Positions 38,746 to 49,787 of a stretch of 49,787 bases of DNA are shown in pieces; positions within the stretch are counted from its first letter, which is position 1, and every line of letters begins with the position of its first letter. The stretch comes from Tubiluchus corallicola (lineage: Eukaryota > Animalia > Priapulida). Location of the stretch: positions 1 through 49,787 of the forward strand of contig JAQGDQ010001282.1 of assembly GCA_030141605.1 (NCBI GenBank), read 5' to 3'. The translations under genes were made by a program, and so were the position numbers. The notes under the pieces are model-generated. The model saw only the letters and a list, made by a program, of their open reading frames with translations, did no database searches and was not told the DNA's origin.

Positions 38746-39942
38746 GCGAAAACGTTACATAATTAATGTTCGCATCATTTGCCCGTTGTCAATAAAAATA
38801 TTCTTTACGAAATTAGCAAAGACCCCGCAACGAATTTGCATATAAATACATTTATAATCAATAATACGCGAGCATCCTACATAGTCCTCATTTATAACGC
38901 AAAGCCAGTAGCAGCTTTTCAATGAGGATCTTAGCTACAACCGTCGCGTGACATGCGGGTAAAGCAAAGTGGTGTGTCGCATCAGTTCAGTAACTTCATT
39001 TGTCTTACTTAATTATGCATTAGTCTGTTTGTAGAGTGACTATGTAGGATGTTCGCGTATTATTGATTATAAGTGTATTTATATGCAAATTTTTTGCGGG
39101 GTCTTTGCGTGGTTCATGCGGGTCGAATTTTTGATCACTTTTTCGGACATAGTTGCCGTAGCCGTTCTTTGTAATTACAACAACTAGATTGTAATCGAGT
39201 TACAAGTTTTCGAAATCACCCATGTTCGCTCGTAGGGCATTTATTCTTATCCCTGCCTCGTGTACGTTTACTAGTCACTTGTGTTAAGTTATTTTACCTG
39301 TATATACCTGGGATGCGGCAGGCGATGGTTTTTTTTTATAGATCTGAGCGACCAAACGTTTTTTACATACATCTGTTTCGTGACGTATAGTTTACCGTGT
39401 AGTTTTAGATATATATGCAAATTCTGTAAGATAAGTTTGCCTAGCTTGAGAGTTTGGTTAGCGTGGAAATGAAAGCGTGTGCTTGGACCATAACCGAAGT
39501 AACAAAAATTCGTTTGAGTCGGCGCTTATTCGGGTTGGAAAATATTCGGAAAGATCCAGAAAGAAGGAGCCCTTTCATAGTTTCGTTGCGCGCAGTTGCT
39601 GTAGGTCAAAGGACAAGTGTACCAACGCATCTTAGCCGCAACCGTCGCATGACATGCGGGTAAATAAAAGCCATCTGTCGCATCAGTTGGGTAAACTTTA
39701 GTTGTCTTACTTAGTTATGCAATAGTGTGTGTGTAGAGTGATTTACTAGCAGGATCTTGCTTGGGAACAAGTAAAAATGAACTAGGTAAGGTTCTAGCTA
39801 GCTGTTAAAACTGTTACTATTACAACAGCATAGGCTGCGAGGCGTTGTTCAAGTGTACACAAATGCGTCGCCTGGTACACTTAACCTTTGACCTTTTCAC
39901 GATCATCAACAATCGCTGGAACTGTGAAAAGTTATCAGTATA

Positions 39943-40565
39943 CAGTGTTCCCTCACTTATCGCGGGTGTTCCGTTCCAGGCCCAAGCGAATATCCGCGAA
40001 GTAGGGACGCTATACTTATTTTACTAGTTATACATTATTTTAAGTCTTTATAAACCCTCCCCACACTCTTATACATAACCCTTTCCCATTCCCTTAATAA
40101 CTTTTCCCATACTGTACATGTTCCTTTTAAAAAACTTTACTTAAATGTTCATAAAAATGTTCACAATCAACCAATCGTGTGTTGTGTACAATCTCACGTT
40201 GGCAAGTAGCATCTCAAGCGGGCGCAAGTACTACATTTCGTTTTTGGTGTGTATTCATCCGCCGAATAAATACACTATTTACTGTAAATGGTAATTTTTT
40301 ATGATTTATAATATTCTTTTAATGTTAGAATTAATATTTTTAATATATTTTTATACATTTTGTGATTTTTTATGCAAAATTCATCAAATCTATACATTAC
40401 TGTACAATACGTACTACGCATGTGCAAAAATACTTTAGACGGAGTACCGCAAAAACCCGCGAAACAGCGAAAATACCGCGATAAATATTTTACATTAATA
40501 TTTTTGAAAACCTGCGAAACAGCGAGTCCGCGATAAACGAACCGCGAAGTAGCGAGGGAACACTG
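39943..40565. mobile_element. Tigger/pogo-like MITE
   Basis: ta|cagtgttccctcacttatcgcgg ... ccgcgaagtagcgagggaacactg|ta. Confidence 0.85.
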
Positions 40566-41203
40566 TATTACGATTGGCGTCGTAGTAACTCGCTTAACGC
40601 TGTAGGTTTTTTTGTCTCGTTACACAGAGAAAATTGTTTAGATTTAGAAAATTAATATCATTGCACAAGGAAATCCCGAAATTGTATTAAAGCTTATTAT
40701 ATATAATGAAAAATTTAGTATCTATCGTTAACGTATTACTTGCCAGGCAATTTCACGTAAGCTAGAACACTAACTTAGATTTTTCTAACTTACATTTTTC
40801 GAGCATTGTTATTATTTTGGCTACGTTATCTTACGTGAAGTTAGATAAGTTATTTTGCTATATATTATATTTTCTTATTTATTGATTGTGACACTTATAA
40901 AATTCGATATCGTAGACGAGTATTCGTAATGCACTATTTATCGGGGGTGTAAGCTACGGTGATTTTTATATGAAATGTTTGCTTAGTTCACGGCAGACTG
41001 TAACACCAGTATTGTAGATGGCTTTGTTAGACGCATGCAGTATTCGTATTACTAAAGCTATTATAGATTTCGGTGCCTTGTCAATAGTATGTCCATTTGT
41101 TCATTGCTTAACATTCAATAGCATGTAGGCGCATTATGTGGTATTTTTAGCATCATTGGTGGCTTATGGATGAAGTATTAATGGGTTTTGGGTTCATTTA
41201 TAC

Positions 41204-41872
41204 CAGCGGCGGCTCGTAGTGGGTGCTTCAGAAAACGTTTAGCCATTGCGAACACGTGTAATTTTAATGTTGTAATTCGAAATTGTAATTTTAAATAAAC
41301 GAACAGACGAAAGTTTATACGTGAACTTGATGAAATCCCATTGTTTGCTTACAGATAGCCTAAGTTGTCCAAGTTTAAGCTTGATTCGTTCACGGTAAGC
41401 TTGTGACAACTGACAACAAACTGTGTGAACGACAGTACTTTCTCTACTTGGGCTCAACTCACAACAAACTGTGTGAGCGACAGTACTTTCTCTACTTGGG
41501 CTCAACTCACAACAAACTGTGTGAGCGACAGTACTTTCTCTACCTGGGCTCAACTCACAACAAACTGTGTGAGCGACAGTACTTTCTCTACCTGGGCTCA
41601 ACTCACAACAAACTGTGTGAGCGACAGTACTTTTTCTACATGCGCTCAGACATGTGCGCACGACCGCTTGCGCATAACAGCCAAACACCACGTTGCTGGA
41701 GCGCACTCTGCTGGGCTGTGAAGCAAACAGTACTACCCTCACCTGCTTTCGTTCCGTACAAGTATAAAGAAAGAACTAAAGAAAAAAGAGTTACTATGTT
41801 GCATTTTATCAATAATATTGAGTGAAAATAGGGGGTGCTGCAGTTCCACACACTATACACGAGCCGCCGCTG
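41204..41872. mobile_element. hAT-type MITE with an internal minisatellite
   Basis: Perfect 14-bp TIRs cagcggcggctcgt / acgagccgccgctg. The flanks atttatac / ttttttac match at 6 of 8 positions. Confidence 0.7.
41407..41640 (+). repeat. Minisatellite, 48-bp unit, ~5 copies
   Basis: Unit acaacaaactgtgtgagcgacagtactttctctac(t/c)tgggctcaactc. Confidence 0.93.
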
Positions 41873-42555
41873 TTTTTTACTGTATTTTCCATTTACTATA
41901 GGTAATGTATTACTGATCGGCTTTTTGCAAACCCCAAATCTGGTGCTCGGTGGCAGGGCACATTTATTATGCAAATAACTGGTGGTGGGACCGGTACCTA
42001 TTTCATCTTCAAGTATCATTTGTATGCATTCTTTCTCGTTGAGAGAAATAGCCGCGAGTGGTTGTGCTTTGATCACCCATCCGTTGCTAACGAGGCTTAG
42101 CATTGCTTAACTTATGCGTTGTTTAAATTTGCACTGTATAATGTGAATCGTTACGGTGTAGTGTACATCTTTGGCTTGAATCTCTACGCAGGTATTGATG
42201 TAGTTTTTATGAGATATGTAGTTTATTGATGAGATAGAGTAGTTATTATGTTGACTCTCAGTGTATATCAATACCAAACTGTTAATTATGTACACATTCA
42301 GCTTTTCACCCTGTAATGCATGATTGATTGAGCGGTGTGAAAGAGGCTTTATTCCTTAATAAATGTGCATTTGTATCATAGTGTCCGTATGTACTAACCA
42401 GGACCGAGTTTCACACGGTAGCCATGGTAGTTAACGAACTTGTTACCGTGAGTTTAGCGAACGTGACGACGAGGTCGTTAACTTTGTTTGGGCTTTGTGG
42501 TTTTTTTATCTTGTCTGTGAAATATTGCTCCCAGTAACTCCTAGTAATGGTGCTT

Positions 42556-43155
42556 ATATATGGATATATGTGTGAGTAACTCGTATATGGATATATGTAC
42601 GAGTAACTCGTATATGGATATATGTATGAGTAACTCATATGTGGATATATGTACGAGTAACTCATATATGGATATATGTACGAGTAACTCATGTATGGAT
42701 ATATGTACGAGTAGCTCGTACATGGATATATGTACGAGTAACTCATGTATGGATATATGTACAAGTGACTCATGTATGGATATATGTACGAGTAACTCAT
42801 GTATGGATATATGTACAAGTAACTCATGTATGGATATATGTATGAGTAACTCATATATGGGTATATGTACGAGTAACTCATGTATGGATATATGTATGAG
42901 TAACTCATATATGGATATATGTACAAGTAACTCATATATGGATATATGTACGAGTAACTCATGTATGGCTATATGTGTGAGTAACTCATATATGGATATA
43001 AGTACGAGTAACTCATGTATGGATATATGTACGAGTAACTCATGTATGGATATATGTACGAGTAACTCATGTATGGATATATGTACGAGTAACTCATGTA
43101 TGGATATATGTACGAGTAACTCATGTATGGATATATGTATGAGTAACTCATATGT
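42556..43155 (+). repeat. Minisatellite, 27-bp unit, ~22 copies
   Basis: Unit (a/g)tatggatatatgtacgagtaactcat. Confidence 0.95.
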
Positions 43156-43221
43156 GAATATAATATGCATGTTCATATGCATTATTGTTTACACTTGCAA
43201 CCTTTTGTAAGTTAGCTTTAA

Positions 43222-43751
43222 AGGAAAACCGGACGATTGATTAAACTCAATCTCATTTTAATTTACTGTCCAAAACTTATGTTTCCTTGCCTGTAATTTC
43301 AGGCAAAGTTTGCAATTGTTAAAACTGGAAAGTTAATTAATGGCAATCGAACACAGCTATCGCTTACATCACAAACTAACCGCAGTTTGTGCAAAGGTAT
43401 CCATCTTCCATGTGCGGCAAGCACGTTTGCTAAGCGAAGATTGCCATAAGATGCTGATGTGATGTTGCGAAAATGAGCTCTGCGTCACAAACGAACACGG
43501 CAGTTCACGATCACGCTTATCACGGTACTGCACCTATTCGTCGGACACACGAATGTGACAAAAAAAGGCGCCGTTGCCAGTCTTAGCGGATTCGCTGTGC
43601 CGCACGCAGCTTTGAAAGGTTAACATAATTTAACTATCTGAGATAATTATTATTTAATCTAAGCTTTCGTTTAAAAAACCTGTTGTAGTTTTCAATATTT
43701 TAGAGCATTCTTTATTTTGAAGTAGTGTCTACACAATCTTCCGGGTTTCCT
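43222..43751. mobile_element. Kolobok-type MITE (family Y)
   Basis: TTAA|aggaaaaccggacgattg ... caatcttccgggtttcct|TTAA, giving AG...CT termini with a TTAA duplication. A second copy lies at 18498-19048. Confidence 0.85.
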
Positions 43752-43970
43752 TTAAGTTTGTGTGAACTGTTAAGTATTCTTGTCTTAAGTTAGATTTTTG
43801 ACTTAAGTTCGATCTCATCATCTGCAGTACTCACTTATGTATGTAATGCACTTAAGCATCTGCTACACACGTAGTTAGTTATTTATAATTTCAATTCCGA
43901 CGTCTGTAGTTAGAGATGGAATAAGCCGTGTATACTCCCTCTTTAAACAGTAAACTCCATCAGAAGGAGA

Positions 43971-44035
43971 TGTGAAAAAGTTACGACCTAGCCTGGAATC
44001 GAACCGCGAGCCCACGGATTACGGCTGTCACGTCT
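43971..44035 (-). mobile_element. tRNA-like SINE remnant (B box)
   Basis: The minus strand reads ggttcgattccaggctaggtcgtaactttttcaca, with a downstream tail resembling that of the 5648-5730 element. Confidence 0.4.
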
Positions 44036-44571
44036 AGATTATACACAGTCCTTGTGATTGTAGCAGGTTTTAATACAGATGTGGTAGCTCATCACTTATC
44101 CAGGGCTGTAAGTGACAAAAAATCAATAACTAGGAGTTTATTGCACCATTTGCCATCCATGCTTTTATGGATTGCTCCACGTCATTTCCATGTTAGCGAA
44201 AAAAATCCATAATGTCTAAATGTCCACTTGCCTTTCAACTTTTTTTAATTTCTTATTTAAAATCGAAGTTGTCTGATCAGAGGTTTTAGTAATCTATTGT
44301 AAAATGTCAGGAAAAGTAAAAATTAATTTGGCAACATAATTTAAAATTTTAATAAGTTCCTGTGTCTTATTTCCATTTGTTGTTCAGTCGTTTAATGAGC
44401 CTCCAGTAAAAGCTATATGTAGGATACAGTAAGTAGTACCATTTATTTATGCTGTATGTACAGTAGCAAGTAAATATCAGTGCTGCCATCTCGTAGGCAC
44501 ATTCTCAGATGTTCGAGACTGGGTGATGATTCTCAATGCTTGACTGTTTCATTTTACTATGAAGCTCAAAA

Positions 44572-44917
44572 GTATTTCTGAACACCCTGTATGACTCTTA
44601 TGTATTTTCTGGACACCCTGTATAAGCGTTAGGTATTTTCTGGCACCCTGTATAAGCGTCAGGTATTTTCTGGACACCCTGTATAAGCATTAGGTATTTT
44701 CTGGACACCCTGTATAAGCATTAGGTATTTTCTGGACACCCTGTATAAGCATCAGGTATTTTCTGGACACACTGTATAAGCATTAGGTATTTTCTGGACA
44801 CACTGTATAATCGTTAGGTATTTTCTGGACACCCTGTATAAGCGTTAGGCATTTTCTGGACGCCCTGTATACGTGTTAGGTATTTTCTGGACGCCCTGTA
44901 TACGTGTTAGGTATTTT
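44572..44917 (+). repeat. Minisatellite, 31-bp unit, ~11 copies, containing a mariner-like TIR end
   Basis: Unit gtattttctggacaccctgtataagc(g/a)ttag. Confidence 0.92.
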
Positions 44918-45304
44918 ATCTCTATATAATCATTGTTATTGTGAAATTTTGATGAATGCTGTTGGTTTTTATGATTACCGTGTCATTATTGCCTTGATTT
45001 TAACCATCCTCAGCTTGTCTTTGTACTATAAACGTATTAACTTTTTTCTACAGGTTTTGTTGGATATGTGCAATGAATGTCTTGCAGTATTTTTTTGTAA
45101 TTGAATTGAATAAAGATTCTGCTAACTAGTCGTAAAACATTGTATGATTGTTAGTAGTTTTCACTTCTCAAAAAGTTGGTGTTCTTCAAGAAAATAAGAA
45201 AGTAGATAGGCTTGTAAACAGGAGGCATTATTTTATGTGTATTACTTTACATAAGCCACGTACCAGTAATGTTAGAGGACAGAGTGAAGTCATATTCCAA
45301 TGAT

Positions 45305-45805
45305 AAATGAAGCCAGGTTTTGTTCAAAGATTTACAATACAAATGAAGCCACTTTTTATTTGGAGGGTTGCAGCAAAATTGAAGCCATGTTTTGCCAAAG
45401 TTTTGCAATAAAATTGAAACCATTTTTTCTCAAAGTTTTGCAGTAAAATTGAAACCAGGTTTAGTCAAAGTTTTGCAAGTAAAATTGAAACCAGGTTTTG
45501 TCAAAGTTTTGCAGCAAAATTGAAGCCAGGTTTTGTCAAAGTTTTGCAAGTAAAATTGAAGCCAGGTTTTGTCAAAGTTTTGCAGCAAAATTGAAGCCAG
45601 GTTTTGTCAAAGTTTTGCAGTAAAATTGAAGCCAGGTTTTGTCAAAGTTTTGCAGCAAAATTGAAACCAAGTTTTATCAAAGTTTTGCAATAAAATTGAA
45701 GCCAGGTTTTGTTCATATTTTACAATAAAAGTGAAGTCACATTTTTGTTCATATTTTTACAATAATAATGAAGCCACATTTTGTTCAAAGTTTACAATAA
45801 AAGTG
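45305..45805 (+). repeat. Minisatellite, ~35-bp unit, ~14 copies
   Basis: Unit aaaattgaagccaggttttgtcaaagttttgcagc, degenerate at both edges. Confidence 0.9.
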
Positions 45806-45811
45806 AATATA

Positions 45812-46690
45812 ACCTGTAACTTTCAATGACATCAAAAATTCATATTAACTGACCAATCCCAAAATCATCGCTAAGACCTGTAACTTTCGATGGCATCAAA
45901 AATTCATGTTATCTGACCAAGACCTGACCAATTCCAAAATCATCGCTAAGACCTGTAACTTTCAATGGCATCAAAAATTCATGTTATCTGACCAAGACCT
46001 GACCAATTCCAAAATCATCGCTAAGACCTGTAACTTTCGATGGCATCAAAAATTCATGTTATCTGACCAAGACCTGACCAATTCCAAAATCATCGCTAAG
46101 ACCTGTAACTTTCAATGGCATCAAAAATTCATGTTATCTGACCAAGACCTGACCAATCCCAAAATCATCGCTAAGACCTGTAACTTTCGATGGCATCAAA
46201 AATTCATGTTATCTGACCAAGACCTGACCAATTCCAAAATCATCGCTAAGACCTGTAACTTTCAATGGGCTAAGACCTGTAACTTTCAATGACATCAAAA
46301 ATTCATATTAACTGACCAAGATCTGACCAATTCCAAAATCATCGCTAAGACCTGTAACTTTCGATGACATCAAAAATTCATTATAACTGACCAAGACCTG
46401 ACCAATCCCAAAATCATCGCTAAGACCTGTAACTTTCAATGACATCAAAAATTCATATTAACTGACCAAGACCTGACCAATCCCAAAATCATCGCTAAGA
46501 CCTGTAACTTTCGATGACATCAAAAATTCATATTAACTGACCAAGACCTGACCAATTCCAAAATCACTGCTAAGACCTGTAACTTTCAATGGCATAAAAA
46601 ATTCATATTAACTGACCAAGACCTGACCAATTCCAAAATCACTGCTAAGACCTGTAACTTTCAATGACATCAAAAATTCATATTAACTGA
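45812..46690 (+). repeat. Minisatellite, 78-bp unit, ~11 copies, immediately upstream of CDR2
   Basis: Unit acctgtaactttc(a/g)atggcatcaaaaattcat...gacctgaccaattccaaaatcatcgctaag. Confidence 0.95.
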
Positions 46691-46775
46691 TTATTGTTTC
46701 ATCGCAATTTCGTTGGGTGGTTGGCAGTGTGTTGCACTAATATTACTGGCACCTCCTAATCAATACGTTAGCTGA

Positions 46776-46798
46776 TGACTCACGCAGCCGCCATCTTG
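46776..46798 (+). promoter_or_regulatory. Candidate core-promoter motifs: AP-1-like TGACTCA and YY1-like GCCGCCATCTTG
   Basis: TGACTCA at 46776-46782 and GCCGCCATCTTG at 46787-46798, 45 nt before the CDR2 ATG. Confidence 0.5.
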
Positions 46799-46843
46799 AG
46801 TCTGGGTTTCACAAGCTGAAATAACGTTTCGTTTCTAACCATA

Positions 46844-46886
46844 ATGTCTGCCATCACTGAAGACGAAAATGAACTTTACGAAATAG
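46844..46886 (+). CDS. CDR2: CDR2/CDR2L-family protein, coding exon 1
   Basis: MSAITEDENELYEI plus g, then donor g|gtaagt (phase 1), which joins in frame to the next exon. The acidic N-terminus resembles that of CDR2. Confidence 0.7.
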
Positions 46887-47115
46887 GTAAGTTTGTGGCG
46901 TTAACAGGTGTTAATTAAGCTGGTTTTCGGAACAGTAGAATAAGATAGTAAAGTTATGGTTAGAATTTGAAATTCTTAACTGCGTTTTGTTGTCATTCCA
47001 TGGTTGCAATAATCAATTCACAGGCGTACGAGGTGGGTGGGTGTGTTTGGGGGGGGGGGGGTTGTCAGGGGGCGGTTGCCCTCTTAGGGCACGTTTTGAG
47101 AGAATAGGGAAATAA

Positions 47116-47400
47116 TTCTGTCTTAAAATTTCAAAATTTAAGATTTCAATTTTCGAAAGTGTATTAAGGCTACTTCTGTTTTAAAATTTCAGAATTTAAG
47201 ATTTTAATTTTTAAAATTGTATTAAGTCTACTTCTGTTTTAAAATTTCAAAATTTAAGATCTCAATTTTCAAAATTGTATTAAGCCTACTTCTGTTTTAA
47301 AATTTCAAAATTTAAGATTTCAATTTTCAAAATTGTATTAAGCCTACTTCTATTTTAAAATTTAAAAATTTAAGATTTCAATTTTCAAAATTGTATTAAT
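47116..47400 (+). repeat. AT-rich minisatellite, ~58-bp unit, ~5 copies
   Basis: Unit ttctgttttaaaatttcaaaatttaagatttcaattttcaaaattgtattaagcctac. Confidence 0.88.
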
Positions 47401-47904
47401 TTTCTTCATTTCACTGGCTCCAATTAAAGTGTTACCAGGCAGACGAATTGTTTTTAAGTTTTAATAATTGTAAAATTACAACAGTGCCTGCTATGAATTT
47501 TAGTTCACTAAACTTCATAAGTCATTTTTACTCTTGCTAAGCAAATGCTTCTCAATGTGCTGGCAAAGTTGTAGACATGTTTGCAAAAGGAAAGCATGAA
47601 TTGTTACCATTATTTCTTTTGAATTTCTGATACGTTAGAAAAGCATTGCGAATGTATTTACATGTTTGTTCAGTGTAAAATGCAAACACGTGGCTTGCAT
47701 CTTATTAGACACGCGATTTTTTACTAAACATTTTTTTCTTTGGACTTCATTTCTTTATACAAAATAATAGCATTGCAATTGTCATGGGTGTGTCAAGAGA
47801 TGATTTCACCACCTCCCCGAAACTAGGGCAATTTTCAGGGCAAATTTTGCAATGCCCCTCTTGTGAAACTTCCTCCTCTAAGCCTAAGATGATCATGTTG
47901 CTAA

Positions 47905-48630
<726 letters not shown>

Positions 48631-48973
48631 TAAGCTTTTAGGGCAGTGTGCACTTCAAGCACTCTTTTCATGTTTGTTTATTGCAAACTTGCTGTTAAGA
48701 AATGTTGCAAGCTGTTAATTTCGTAATCTGGTTATGACTTGGCGCATAGGCCTATTGATTAACAGCTATAAATTTGACAGGAATGATCAGCAGGTAGAGA
48801 GCCGTGAGTTCGATTCCAGTGTGGACTGATTTTTTTTCCAACTCTGCCGAAGGCTTCCAAACTGTAGTGACTGCAGGGATTCTGTAATGATGATAATATG
48901 TAGCTACTGTTGAAATGTTTTAGGAGCATTTTAACACTTTTTTAAACTAATGGTGTCACTAATCACACACAAC

Positions 48974-49787
<814 letters not shown>

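Noticed and set aside
42411-43210. ORFs with 9-aa periodicity on both strands
   Set aside because: A 27-bp minisatellite is open in several frames by chance, and there are no exon signals.

Overview
This is AT-rich, repeat-dense metazoan (invertebrate-like) nuclear DNA, not prokaryotic. Two spliced + strand genes can be reconstructed by eye with matching intron phases. The first is a 4-exon gene (28732-37776) for an unrecognised 168-aa protein with two hydrophobic segments, Cys clusters and PSAP/NPF motifs in its tail. The second is the first two coding exons of a CDR2/CDR2L-family dynein adaptor (46844-48591), which runs off the window. The rest is mostly mobile DNA and tandem repeats: four 5'-truncated copies of one CR1/L2-type LINE, each with a candidate target-site duplication (TSD); RTE- and CRE-like LINE relics; many non-autonomous DNA elements (hAT, Tigger/pogo, Kolobok, Harbinger types); tRNA-like SINE heads; about 18 minisatellites; and long microsatellites. 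Most supplied ORFs are repeat artefacts. The most notable structures are a 21-copy 92-bp array that amplifies an exon end and its splice donor, a minisatellite made from the LINE RT motif GVPQGSxLGPLLFLIYI, and three microsatellites sandwiched between long direct duplications. No CRISPR array or new multi-gene system is supported. Coordinates and copy numbers were counted by hand.
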